Below are positions 35,351 through 46,400 of a stretch of DNA of 64,000 nt, in pieces. The notes under the pieces were generated by a model that saw only the letters and a program-made list of their open reading frames with translations, was not told the origin of the DNA and did not search any database. Positions within the stretch are counted from its first letter, which is position 1, and every line of letters begins with the position of its first letter. Made by a program: the position numbers and the translations under genes. Source of the DNA: Eubacteriales bacterium (GTDB lineage Bacteria > Bacillota > Clostridia > Oscillospirales > CAG-272); the NCBI GenBank assembly GCA_045612715.1, contig JAZKZP010000093.1:922-64921 (forward strand). Reading direction: 5' to 3'.

Positions 35351-36454
35351 ATGGGCAGAAGATTTAGAATGACAACAGCGCTTGACGTTGATGACGTTTT
35401 GCTTGAATGCGTACCTTATGCCATAAAATTGGCTAATGAAAAATATAATTTTGATCCACCGCTTACTATTTACGAGGTTGACCGTTGGGGCAAGCTCGGT
35501 ACTCGTGCGGACGTAATATTTGAATTTTTTACCGAGGAGTTTTTTAGAACTCAACCCGTAATTCAGGGCGCAAAGGAGTTCGTTAAAAAGCTCTCTCAAA
35601 TGACTGAGGTGTTTGTTTGTACTTCGGTTTATCCTCAGTTTATGAGCATTCGCGCCGAGATGATTATGCGTGAATTTCCCGAGATTCCTCCTGAAAATAT
35701 TTATATGGGCACAAGAAAAGAGAAGCTCAACGTAGATATTCTTTTTGATGACGGTATGCATAACGTTATCAAATCCAATGCGGCATATCCAATTTTGATG
35801 CGCCGTCCTTGGAATCAGAGCGCTACGGGAATGTTGGCGGTTAATAACTACGATGAATTCTTAAAACTCGTTGAGGTTATCAGTACAAGTTATTCTACCG
35901 TTAAGGACGATTTGAAGAATCCCTCAATCGTAGCTTTGGTTGCTCCATCTGGTTCAGGAAAGAGTGAAATTGCAAAGTCCTTGCTTGAAAAAGAACCAAG
36001 ATTTGAAAAGCTTCTTAGTTATACAACAAGCGACCCAACCTCGAAGGTCGAAAATGATTGGTATAGCTATGTTGACAAAAATGAATTTTTCAAAATGGTT
36101 GAAAATAATGAATTATTCCAATCTACTATGTATGCAGGTCACGGCTTCGGATCAAAAAAGAGCGATGTAGATGTACTTATTGGAGAGGGAAAGACTGTTC
36201 TTACGATTATGGATATCTGCGGTGCGATGTCACTTAAAACTCACTATAAAGACGTTGTAACGGTATATATTAAACGCGATAAACGTGAGCTTTTGAAATC
36301 CATTCTTGAAAAAAACAGTACGAACGAAGATAAAGTAAACCGAATCATTTCAATCGACGACGAAAGACGAAATGAGGAAATATGCGACTATGTTGTTGAG
36401 AACAACGGCGACATTGATGAAGTGGTAAACAAAATACTCGAACAATTATTCTAA
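35351..36454 (+). CDS. Fusion protein: HAD 5'(3')-deoxyribonucleotidase-like domain plus guanylate-kinase-like P-loop domain
   Basis: N-terminal: TTALDVDDVLLECVPY...FDDGMHNV (HAD/NT5C-like). C-terminal: LVAPSGSGKSEIAKSLL...YAGHGFGSKK (GK-like). ATG at 35351 has a GGGGG Shine-Dalgarno 8 nt upstream. Confidence 0.65.
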   Translation: MGRRFRMTTALDVDDVLLECVPYAIKLANEKYNFDPPLTIYEVDRWGKLGTRADVIFEFFTEEFFRTQPVIQGAKEFVKKLSQMTEVFVCTSVYPQFMSIRAEMIMREFPEIPPENIYMGTRKEKLNVDILFDDGMHNVIKSNAAYPILMRRPWNQSATGMLAVNNYDEFLKLVEVISTSYSTVKDDLKNPSIVALVAPSGSGKSEIAKSLLEKEPRFEKLLSYTTSDPTSKVENDWYSYVDKNEFFKMVENNELFQSTMYAGHGFGSKKSDVDVLIGEGKTVLTIMDICGAMSLKTHYKDVVTVYIKRDKRELLKSILEKNSTNEDKVNRIISIDDERRNEEICDYVVENNGDIDEVVNKILEQLF

Positions 36455-36489
36455 AAGAAAAATCCTGACCGTTGGTCAGGATTTTTTAT
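36455..36489. terminator. Bidirectional terminator
   Basis: Stem aatcctgacc/ggtcaggatt flanked by an A-run and a T-run, between convergent genes. Confidence 0.65.
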
Positions 36490-36492
36490 GTA

Positions 36493-37125
36493 TTATTTGT
36501 TACGTATTTGTGAAATCTTTTTTTCAATGATGGGAGAAAGCTTCTTTTCGGCATACCAAACGCTGAGTGCTATAAGCGCGCCAACAATGATGCCACCGTA
36601 AACGTCGGTCGGAAAATGAACGCCAACGTAAAGGCGGGAAAGTCCCATCAAAAATGCCATAATAAGAGCAACGATACCAAGCTTTTTGTGTTGTGAAAAT
36701 ATTGTGAACGCAACCGCCATAGCTGAAACCGTATGACCTGAGGGGAAAGAATAAGACGTGGGTATATGAACAAGCTCAACAAGCTCAGGATAAGTCGCGC
36801 AAGGACGAGGTCTTGCAATGAGGTTCTTGAGAATGATGTTGTTAACAACAAGCATTACAAGAAGTGCTGCAAGCACCATAATACCACATTTGCGTGTTTT
36901 TTTAGGAATCAGCATAATAAGACCTACTACGATCCAAATAATTCCGTCATCTCCAAGATTAGTGTAAAATGGTACGATAACGTCCAGAAATGAATTGCGA
37001 ATATGGTCTTTAATAAAAAATAGAATTTCAAAGTCAAATTTCCAAAGAAGTAAGCCGAATGCTGTTATTGCAGCAGCAATGAACATAGCTTTTAGAAAAG
37101 AAGTGCGTTTTGAATTAAGTTCCAT
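36493..37125 (-). CDS. PAP2-family phosphatase (undecaprenyl-diphosphatase/BcrC-like)
   Basis: Membrane protein with PAP2 motifs KNLIARPRP, PSGHT and SRLYVGVHFPTDV. Confidence 0.85.
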   Translation of the reverse strand: MELNSKRTSFLKAMFIAAAITAFGLLLWKFDFEILFFIKDHIRNSFLDVIVPFYTNLGDDGIIWIVVGLIMLIPKKTRKCGIMVLAALLVMLVVNNIILKNLIARPRPCATYPELVELVHIPTSYSFPSGHTVSAMAVAFTIFSQHKKLGIVALIMAFLMGLSRLYVGVHFPTDVYGGIIVGALIALSVWYAEKKLSPIIEKKISQIRNK

Positions 37126-37136
37126 AAAAATCTCCT

Positions 37137-37799
37137 TTATTTAAAATATTCAACAAGCTCATTTGGATTGTTAACAATCTCAATTGCACCGTTATTAATA
37201 AGCTTTGATTTAGAAGCATAACCCCAAGAAACCGAGAGAATTTCGAATTCTGCATTTTTGGCAGTTTTGATATCAATATCACTGTCACCAATAAGGATGC
37301 ACTCATAAGGTGGAACACCAAGCTCTTTAGCGATTTCAAGAGCAGTGGTTGGATCGGGCTTGGCGGGTATACCTTGAATAGTACCACGAGCTATTTCACA
37401 AATACCCTCGGGTAAAAGTTGTTTTATAAGCTTTTTAACGTATTCGTCCTGCTTGTTTGAAAGCACGGCAATTTTATAATATTTTGAAAGCTCTAAAATT
37501 GCTTCTTCCATGCCATCGTATAATTCGTCAGTATCAAGATATGTTTTAGCATACATTTTATCGTAGAGCGCAAGTGCGGTATCTATGATTGAAGGGTCGC
37601 TGTCCACCAAATCTTGGGGTAATGATTTCTTAATCAAGTGACGTGGACCTTTACCGATAAAGCTTTTGACCTCTTCTTTTGTATGAGTAGGAAACCCAAG
37701 ATAAGAAAGCGTCATGTTAACAGCCTCGGTTATTGCGGGAATAGTATCGGCAAGCGTGCCGTCAAGGTCAAATACCAATGCTTTTATGTAAGATCTCAT
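37137..37799 (-). CDS. HAD-superfamily hydrolase (phosphoglycolate phosphatase-like)
   Basis: ALVFDLDGTLADT, VLSNK and IGDSDIDIKTAKNA motifs. The second Met (37799) is chosen because an AGGA Shine-Dalgarno lies 6 nt upstream. Confidence 0.85.
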   Translation of the reverse strand: MRSYIKALVFDLDGTLADTIPAITEAVNMTLSYLGFPTHTKEEVKSFIGKGPRHLIKKSLPQDLVDSDPSIIDTALALYDKMYAKTYLDTDELYDGMEEAILELSKYYKIAVLSNKQDEYVKKLIKQLLPEGICEIARGTIQGIPAKPDPTTALEIAKELGVPPYECILIGDSDIDIKTAKNAEFEILSVSWGYASKSKLINNGAIEIVNNPNELVEYFK

Positions 37800-37994
37800 A
37801 TAAAATCCTTTCAAAAAGTATCAAATATAACTTATTATATCATATTTTTAAAGATATGTCAAACAGATATTTTGACAAATAATACAAAAAAACATCAAAA
37901 ATAATCAAAAATTCCGTGAAAATATCTATATATTATTGCGCAAAAAAATGTTATAATATATTGTTAATCTAATTAATAAATACGGAGGCACAAA

Positions 37995-39836
37995 GTGGTA
38001 AGAGAAGATTTAAGAAATATAGCTATAATTGGGCACGTTGACCATGGTAAAACAACACTTGTTGACCAGCTTTTAAAGCAGGGTGGTATCTATCGTGAAA
38101 ATCAGGCAACTGAAGAAAGAGTAATGGACTCTAACGACCTTGAACGTGAAAGAGGTATTACAATTCTTGCGAAGAATACAGCCGTTATGTATAACGACGT
38201 TAAAATCAACATTATAGATACTCCTGGGCACGCGGACTTCGGTGGCGAGGTTGAGCGTATTCTTAAAATGGTAAATGGTGTAATCTTGCTTGTTGACGCG
38301 GCAGAGGGTCCTATGCCCCAGACTCGTTTCGTTTTGCAGAGAGCACTTGAACTTAACCATAGAGTAATTGTAGTTGTAAATAAAATAGACAAGCCCGACG
38401 CACGTATTAGCGAAGTTATCGACGAAGTTCTTGAGCTTCTCATCGACCTTGGTGCAAATGATGAACAGCTTGATAGTCCCATGCTTTTCTGTTCAGGTAG
38501 AGCAGGTACTGCAAGTGAGGATATGGATGTTCCCGGCACTGACTTAAAGCCACTTTTCAATAAAATTCTTGAATATATTCCCGCGCCCGAGGGTGATGAA
38601 GAAGGCGACCTTCAGTTGCTTATTTCTTCAATCGACTATAATGATTTTGTAGGACGTATCGGTATCGGTAGAGTAGAACGTGGTACAGTTAAGCAGGGAC
38701 AGGAGGTTATGATTTCAAACTTCCACTCCAAAGCAGCACCCAAGCGTGCGAAGATTGTTTCTCTTTATCAGATAAACGGTCTTGGCAGAGTACAGGTTGA
38801 GAAAGCAAAGATTGGTGACATCGTTTGCTTTAGTGGAGCAGAGAATATCACTATCGGTGATACAATCACATCCACAACTTGCATTGAGCCTCTTGAATTT
38901 GTAAAGGTGAGCGAGCCCACAATGGAAATGACATTTGCTGTTAACGATAGCCCCCTTGCAGGTCAAGAAGGTAAATTCGTAACATCTCGTCAGATTCGTG
39001 ATAGACTTTATCGTGAGTTATTGAAGGACGTATCTCTCCGTGTAAGCGACGGTGATACAACTGACTCCTTTAAGGTTGCGGGCAGAGGTGAAATGCACCT
39101 TTCAATTCTTATTGAAAACATGAGACGTGAGGGCTTTGAGCTTATGTGCTCTAACCCCAGAGTTCTTTATAAAGAGATAGACGGCGTTAAGTGTGAGCCT
39201 ATGGAAAGAGTAACTCTTGACGTGCCCTGTGATTACGTTGGCTCGGTAATTGAAAAGCTCGGCAGACGTAAGGGCGACCTTATCGAGATGGTACCCCTTG
39301 GAAGCAGAATGAGAGTTGAATATTCAATTCCTTCTCGTTGCCTTTTCGGTTATCGTTCCGAATTTTTGACAGATACAAGAGGCGAAGGTCTTATCAATAC
39401 ACTTTTTGACGGATATCAGCCTTATAAGGGTGAGGTAACAATGAGATTTACAGGTTGCCTTATAGCAAGCGAAAACGGTGAAACAACAAGATACGGTCTT
39501 TATAATACTCAGGAAAGAGGACGCCTTTTCGTTGGACCTCAGACCAAGGTTTATGAGGGTATGATTATCGGTGAAAATCCCAAGAATGACGATATCGCAG
39601 TTAACCCCTGTAAAGAAAAGCACCTCACAGCTATTCGTTCAACGGGCGCTGATGAAAAGCTCCTTTTGACACCTCCTCAGATCTTTAGCCTTGAGGAAGC
39701 AATCGAGTACATCAACGACGACGAGCTTATCGAGGTAACACCTAAGTCAATTAGACTTCGTAAGAAGATTCTCAATACCGAGCTTCGTATGAAAGCTCAG
39801 ATGAGAGCAAGACGAGGAATTGTTGATATTAAATAA
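37995..39836 (+). CDS. typA: Translational GTPase TypA/BipA
   Basis: GTG start. NIAIIGHVDHGKTTLVDQLL, DTPGHADFGGEVER and NKIDK motifs. The 613-aa length is typical. Confidence 0.93.
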   Translation: MVREDLRNIAIIGHVDHGKTTLVDQLLKQGGIYRENQATEERVMDSNDLERERGITILAKNTAVMYNDVKINIIDTPGHADFGGEVERILKMVNGVILLVDAAEGPMPQTRFVLQRALELNHRVIVVVNKIDKPDARISEVIDEVLELLIDLGANDEQLDSPMLFCSGRAGTASEDMDVPGTDLKPLFNKILEYIPAPEGDEEGDLQLLISSIDYNDFVGRIGIGRVERGTVKQGQEVMISNFHSKAAPKRAKIVSLYQINGLGRVQVEKAKIGDIVCFSGAENITIGDTITSTTCIEPLEFVKVSEPTMEMTFAVNDSPLAGQEGKFVTSRQIRDRLYRELLKDVSLRVSDGDTTDSFKVAGRGEMHLSILIENMRREGFELMCSNPRVLYKEIDGVKCEPMERVTLDVPCDYVGSVIEKLGRRKGDLIEMVPLGSRMRVEYSIPSRCLFGYRSEFLTDTRGEGLINTLFDGYQPYKGEVTMRFTGCLIASENGETTRYGLYNTQERGRLFVGPQTKVYEGMIIGENPKNDDIAVNPCKEKHLTAIRSTGADEKLLLTPPQIFSLEEAIEYINDDELIEVTPKSIRLRKKILNTELRMKAQMRARRGIVDIK

Positions 39837-39839
39837 ATC

Positions 39840-39868
39840 AAAAAAGCACGGCAATGCCGTGCTTTTTG
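39840..39868. terminator. Bidirectional terminator between typA and addA
   Basis: Stem agcacggca/tgccgtgct flanked by A- and T-runs. Confidence 0.65.
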
Positions 39869-42800
39869 TTATATAGGTATCTCCACTGCCTCGCCGTAGG
39901 GGAGAGAGTAGATAAGAATACTGTCAGGTGCTTTACCAAGAAAACGCTCTATAGCCATCGCATAGTATTCAAGCTGACGTCCGTGTCGCTCCTTCATCTT
40001 TTTGATGACAAGCACCTCATTATTTAATTCGTCGGGAGTGAGATAATCGGTCTTATAATCGCAAAGTATTATATTGCCGTCTTTGTCCTCGAAGAACAAG
40101 TCGATAACACCTTGAACAAGAATTTCCTCTTGCGCAATCTCTGCTTTAAACTCTTCATCCTGTGTGAAATGTGAAGCGGGGAGCAAGATATTAAATCTCT
40201 GCTCGCGATATGTTTTTGTTGCATTTTTAAGTACTGAATAAAAATCGCTTTCGAAGAACTTTTCAATCTGCTTCAAGTTTATCAACTCCGCGACCTGAGG
40301 CGCAATAAATCTCTTTTCAACAAGGCGTGAAAGCTCTGCTTTTGCTCCGTTTTTCTCGGCATTTTCAAAATCGCAGAACTGCAAGAACAAGTGAGTTGCA
40401 GTACCTCTATCGGCACTTGTTGTCTTTGATTTGCTCTCGAAAAACTCCTCAATTTCAAGGATTTTTGCCTCGTCAAAGGATTCAAGTGTTGCCGCATCGT
40501 CGTCCATATCATCAAGTACGGTTGGCGTCAATTTTGAAACCGAGAGCTTTGCAGGGAGCTTGTTCAAATGAGAATGATGATATTTGAAATCCAATCTCTC
40601 TTTAATCATAGCAATCTGCTCGTCAGTAATAACTCCGTCAAAAGCCATATCTTCGCCGTCCGTAGTGTTGCCAATTGAGTTTAAAGAAATACTATCTTTT
40701 TCGAGCGCAGTGAATGTATAGCTATCTCCATTCTTAAGCGGATATATTGCAGAAAGTATCATAGAGAGCCAATTTTTGCATTTTTTGAGCTTGAAATCAC
40801 TTGCGAAATCATGAGCTAAAGATGAATTTTCGTCAAGCTTTTCAAAACGAGAACGAGTGTGCGCGGTGATATAAAGTCGCTCTCTTGCACGTGTTAAAGC
40901 AACGTAAAGAATTCGCATTTCCTCTTCAATTTGCGCGTTTGCAATTTCAAGTGCAACCGCCTCTCGTATAGGAGTGTTAAGACGTGCCATACCGCCCTCA
41001 TAAGCCAACTTCAAGCCAATTCCCGCACGTGAATGATAGAGAAGATTAGGTTTGGTATCCTCGGTACTGAATGCGCTTTGCGTGTTACAAATAAAGCAAA
41101 CGGGGAATTCAAGTCCCTTTGATTTGTGCGCGGTAATCATTTGTACCGAATTATTCTCTGCATCCTCGTAAGTAAGAGAGGGCACTTTTTTGTTTTCAAT
41201 CAACTCATTTATGTATGAAATAAAGTTGTTAAGCCCCTTGAATGAGCCCGCTTCAAATCGTCTTGCCATTTCATAAAGACGAGTGAGATTTTGATCATTT
41301 ACTCCATCCAAAGACATAACAGAAAGGTCACGGTAAATGTGATTTAAAAGCTTGTCAATGGGGAGAGAGGTTGAAAGGGAACGAAATTGAGTAAGTTTCT
41401 CAATAAAATAATTATTTTTATTGATTATGTTTTCATTTTCTCCACTATAATCTCTCAATGCTTCGAAAAGTGACATTTTAGGTTCTGCTTTTGTTCTTAT
41501 CTCAATAAGCTCGTCCATATTATATGCAAAGATGGGCGAATAGAGAGTTGCCGCAAGCGGAATATCCTTGTGTGGATTATCAATGCTTGAAAGCAGTGAA
41601 AGTATTAAAAGAACGTCGGGAGTTTCAAAAAGGTCATATTTTGAGTTGTCCGAGCAGGGAATATTCAAAATTTCAAGCGCACGTGAAATATCACCCGCGG
41701 GAGTAGTTGCACGCATAAGCACGGCAATATCGCGTGGCTCAATCTTTGTGCCGTCCGCCTTATATTCATATTTGATAAGACGTTGGATTTCATTTGCAAT
41801 CCACATCGCTTCGGGATTTATGTCGCTCTTTTCTTCATCATCTTCGCTTTCATCCTCTTTAGCAGATTCGTCAGCGGTAACAACGGTAACGTTTACCAAG
41901 GGGGAAGAAAGCACACGCCCTTCTTCAACCTTTGAGAATATCAAATCATCGTCGGGAGTATATTCAATGCTTTTTCCACAATATCCAAAGAGGAATGAGA
42001 AAATTTTGTTTGTAAATTTTATTACGTTTTCATCGCAACGGAAGTTGTTTGACATAAATATCAATGCACTATCCGAAGTTGCCGCGTCCTCAAGAGATGG
42101 GAATTTCTTTTTGTAACCTGCGAAAACATCCGTGTCAGCTCCGCGGAAGCTATAGATACTTTGTTTTATGTCACCTACCATGAAGCGATTGTTCGGCTTT
42201 GAAATCAAAGTAAAAATGCGGTCCTGCATTGCGTCAACGTCTTGATATTCGTCGATGTAAATCTCGTCGAATTGCTCACGATATGAAAGCGCAATATCGC
42301 TTGGATTTCCGTTTTCGTCGGTGAGCAATTTATATGCAAATCTTCTTATGTCGTCGAAATCGAATGCCTTGCGCTTGATTTTTTCTGCAAGAGCCGCTTC
42401 TTCAAATTCGGTAAGAACTGAATGAAGTGAGCGCAAGATTTCGGCAGTCTTGAGCATTGTTTCTTTTATCTGCTCTGCCTCAAATGAAAAATATTTTTCG
42501 TTTATTGACTTGATAAACGAGCATTCCTCGTCGCGAAGCGCCTTGCAAGAAATAATTTCATCAGTTTGGAATTCTTTTTTGAGTGTGCCGAGTCTTTGCT
42601 TGTTAAACGTTAATGAAAAATCGCGAGCAGATGTGTAATTTTTGTTTTTTAGAATTTCAAGCAGGCTTGCTAAAAACTCTTTTTCATAGGTGAATGAAGC
42701 AAGATAAGCCTTTGATGCCGGCTCACTTGATGCAATAATATCACAGCAACGTGAAATTGCTTTGTGATAGCTTTCGACACCGTTTAAAAGATATTCATAT

Positions 42801-43456
42801 ATTATCTTGCCCTGTCTTGATTCGAAAAAATCATAGCTGCTTTCCTCTACCAAGTCATTTGAAAAAGATAAAATTGCGCCAGCACCCTCGGTTTTTGAAC
42901 AAAGCTTGTTTTCAAGCGCCAAGAAAATATCCGAAAGGGTGTCGCTCTGTTTTGCAGATGTGAAATTCTCAACGAAAGAGAGAAATCCGTCATCAGTATC
43001 GGCATTTTTATCATAATGCTTTTCAATAATATCATCCATCACTTCTTTGCGAAGAAGAGCCATCTCCCCCTCGTCTGCAAGACGGAAATTTGAGGGGAGT
43101 GAGAGTCGCCCAAAGTTAGAGCGAACAATATCTAAATAGAACGAGTCAATGGTGCAGATGTGTGCGCTTTCAAGTAAAACAAGCTGCTTTGAAAGGTGTT
43201 GACTTGTTGGATTTTCGATTAATTTTTTTGAAATTGCAGCAGAAATTTTTCGTTTAAGGTCTGCAGCAGAAAGACGGGTAAATGTTACTATAAGCATTTT
43301 TGAAATGCTTGCAGGATTGTTTTCGTCCATTAATTTTTGAACTATTCGTTCTGTAAGGGTGGCAGTTTTACCTGAGCCGGCGGCGGCGGAAATGAGCAGA
43401 GTTTTGCCTCGAGTTTCGATGGCTTGACTTTGTTTTTTTGTCCAATTAGTACCCAT
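39869..43456 (-). CDS. addA: ATP-dependent helicase/nuclease subunit A (AddA)
   Basis: UvrD-type motifs (LLISAAAGSGKTATL, IYIDEYQD, YVALTRARERLY) and a C-terminal RecB-type nuclease (GVIDLFFED..ILCDYKTD). Confidence 0.92.
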   Translation of the reverse strand: MGTNWTKKQSQAIETRGKTLLISAAAGSGKTATLTERIVQKLMDENNPASISKMLIVTFTRLSAADLKRKISAAISKKLIENPTSQHLSKQLVLLESAHICTIDSFYLDIVRSNFGRLSLPSNFRLADEGEMALLRKEVMDDIIEKHYDKNADTDDGFLSFVENFTSAKQSDTLSDIFLALENKLCSKTEGAGAILSFSNDLVEESSYDFFESRQGKIIYEYLLNGVESYHKAISRCCDIIASSEPASKAYLASFTYEKEFLASLLEILKNKNYTSARDFSLTFNKQRLGTLKKEFQTDEIISCKALRDEECSFIKSINEKYFSFEAEQIKETMLKTAEILRSLHSVLTEFEEAALAEKIKRKAFDFDDIRRFAYKLLTDENGNPSDIALSYREQFDEIYIDEYQDVDAMQDRIFTLISKPNNRFMVGDIKQSIYSFRGADTDVFAGYKKKFPSLEDAATSDSALIFMSNNFRCDENVIKFTNKIFSFLFGYCGKSIEYTPDDDLIFSKVEEGRVLSSPLVNVTVVTADESAKEDESEDDEEKSDINPEAMWIANEIQRLIKYEYKADGTKIEPRDIAVLMRATTPAGDISRALEILNIPCSDNSKYDLFETPDVLLILSLLSSIDNPHKDIPLAATLYSPIFAYNMDELIEIRTKAEPKMSLFEALRDYSGENENIINKNNYFIEKLTQFRSLSTSLPIDKLLNHIYRDLSVMSLDGVNDQNLTRLYEMARRFEAGSFKGLNNFISYINELIENKKVPSLTYEDAENNSVQMITAHKSKGLEFPVCFICNTQSAFSTEDTKPNLLYHSRAGIGLKLAYEGGMARLNTPIREAVALEIANAQIEEEMRILYVALTRARERLYITAHTRSRFEKLDENSSLAHDFASDFKLKKCKNWLSMILSAIYPLKNGDSYTFTALEKDSISLNSIGNTTDGEDMAFDGVITDEQIAMIKERLDFKYHHSHLNKLPAKLSVSKLTPTVLDDMDDDAATLESFDEAKILEIEEFFESKSKTTSADRGTATHLFLQFCDFENAEKNGAKAELSRLVEKRFIAPQVAELINLKQIEKFFESDFYSVLKNATKTYREQRFNILLPASHFTQDEEFKAEIAQEEILVQGVIDLFFEDKDGNIILCDYKTDYLTPDELNNEVLVIKKMKERHGRQLEYYAMAIERFLGKAPDSILIYSLPYGEAVEIPI

Positions 43457-43468
43457 ATTTCCACCTCC

Positions 43469-46400
43469 TTAAATTTTGCTTTTACATACGGATGCACGGC
43501 AAATTGCCTTCATCTTGCAATAGCGGCATGGAGCTTGCTCACCTTTGCGAAGTGGAATTGCATTAGCTTTGCCGTCCTTCATACTCTCTGCAACTCGAAC
43601 TATAGTTTCAGAGAGCATATCGTAAATTTCTTCAAATCCCTCGTTTCCGACAAGGGATTTTCCAACCATAACTCCATCATCGTTTGCCTTGAATTTAGAC
43701 ACGATTTTAGGGTCGAGATTGTGATTCATAGCTTGTATAATTTCGGGATCATTGATGATAAGTCCGCTTCTCACAAATTCATTTTGAATCAGTTCCTCGA
43801 TATTGTCGCCATCGCAGAATTTATCAACGGATATAGTGGGCGCATTTGATGAAAGGTATTGAATACCTGCAGGCAAAAGTTCACCCGAGTCGTCACATCC
43901 AAATTCGACTTTCTTCTCAAGATTTTGTGCTTTGCAAATAGAGAAAAGATAAATAAGAAGCTGTGTGTTAAGACCTTCTTTAAGGTCGTCAAATGAAAAC
44001 TCCTTGCTACCTGTTTTATAGTCAACAACACGAATATAAACGTTTCCGTCTTTTTTATATGTATCAACTCTGTCAGCAATACCACGAAGTGTAACAATAC
44101 TTCCATCTTTTAATTCAAATTCAAGCGCGCTTATTCCGTCATCGCCCATTCCAACCTTAAGTTCAAAATATGCGGGATAGAAGTCACTTACCTTAAATTC
44201 ATTTATAAGATTTTTAGCAATCATAAACGAGAGCTTGTTAAGACGAATAAAGAGATGCTTTGTTCGGTTGGATATAGCATAATCTTCACCGAGAAGCTCG
44301 AAAAGATAATTTCGCACATTCTTTTGCAAAATTTCATCAATTTCATCGTCCGTCAATGTCAAATTCAACTTGCCGTCAACGGTAATATCCTTCATAAACA
44401 TTTCAAGAATGTAGTGAATGAACGTGCCTATATCGTTCAACTGAAATACTGCTTTTTTGCTCTCACGAAGTCCTAATACATATGAACAATAGTAGTCAAA
44501 TCCACACATAACGTATTTTTCAAGACGTGATTGCGTGAGAGATAATCTTTTGCCGAAAAGTGTATTTACAATATCGGGTGAAACAGAACAATTTTTTTGT
44601 GAAAGAGGAATTTCTAATCTCTTTTCAAACTCTTTGTTGCCGTCATAACTATTTATTATTGCTTTTATTTCGTTTGAATTTTTATAATTTTTTGTTTTAG
44701 CATAAGCGGCTTTGGCAAGCTCTGTGTTCCAAACCTTGTCAAGTACAGAAAGTGTGCCGTCCTTGATTTGCGGTAACGCAGGGAACAGAGCTTTAACTCT
44801 TTCAATAGCTATTGATTGCCTTTGAGATGAGCCGTCAGATGAAAGCGCACTTGAAGTGAGTATCAATTTCTCGCTTGGAACTGAAAGTGCTCTGTAAACG
44901 AAGAACAATTCTTCAGAAGTTTTTGTGCTTGTATCCGCAGATAGCGTAAGGTCAAGTGATTCGAGTATTAGCTTGTCACTATCGGTAAATATTCCATTGT
45001 CTTTAACTGAAGCGGGAAATTCACCTTCATTAAGTCCCATTACAATGGCAAGTTTGATTTTATCGGTACGAAGCATTGATGCAGAGCCAATCATAACCTC
45101 GTCAACGGATGTGGGTATTGTGCCAATGTCACTTTCGCCAAACATAAGTGAAAGTGCAGCTGAGAATTCTTCAAAGCTGAATTCCTTGTCACCGAAAACC
45201 AAAGCAAGGTCATAAAGAATATTTAGTGTAAGTGTATAAAGCTTCATATCCTCATCAGCGGACTTTTTGTTTCCTCGTGCAAGATTTTCAGAGCAACCTT
45301 TTCTAACCTTTTCGGTGATTTTATTGTCCTTTAAAAATTCAATAGTAGCCTGACACATTTCTTTAACGTTTGAAGAGGCATCGAGCATAGCAAAATAACG
45401 CGAAAGAGAAGGAATAATAGTATCTTTTACACTGTTTGCAGTTACTAGTATTTTCTCGCCTCTTGGCGTAAGTCGCGCAGAATATCCGTCTGGATTCATC
45501 GTCCATTTCTCACCGAGAAATTTATTTCCGTTTATATTCCAAGTTGTAACGTATTCTTCAAAAATGTCCACGTCAAATGGCTCAACATCGCAAAATCCGG
45601 ATTTTAAAAATGCAATAACATTAGCACCGCGCCAGTTGCTCTCTTTAATTTTGAGCGCGCTAAATATAAATTTAGCGAGTGGCTTTGTCATAAGGTCGGT
45701 TTTTTCACTCATAAAGTATGGAACACCGAATTTATCAAGAGCAACGTCCAAAATGCCACGATATTTTTCCGCATCACGCAAAATTATGGCAATTTCATTA
45801 TAACGAGCTCCATTTTTGACCGCCTTGCAAATCTCACTTGCAATAATATCAGCTTCAGAATATGGCGTTTCGCAAAGAAAATTTGAGATATCTCCACTAG
45901 CATCTCCGTAAAAAGTGTGTGCTTCAAAATTCCATATATTATTTTGCAAATACAATAATTCATCAGAGGTTGTTTTGTGATTTTCTGTTAAAAACATTTC
46001 ATCATAATCACGCTTGTCAAGATGCTTTTTAATGCTTGAAATGGTTTGCTTCAAGCTCTCAAGATGAATGGAATTATCATTTGGAGAGGGAATTGGAAGC
46101 GTTATATAAAGCTCGTTACAAAGCTCGTTGATTTTTAAAATAAACTCAAATTCTTGCTTCGTAAATCCCGCAAAAGAATCTAAATAAACGGTTGCACCAT
46201 CGAAAAAGTTGTTGCTATGCAGTATATCTATAGCCTTGGAAATATCATCAAATGAATCATCAAATTGCTCGGCAATTTGATTTGAATATGCAGAATAAAC
46301 AAGTGAAATGTCACGCAATTTTCCATAAAGAGATGAGTCCTCGTCAATTTTTTGACATGTGTTATCAAGCTTTTGTGGAGAAATACAATATGCTTTGAGC

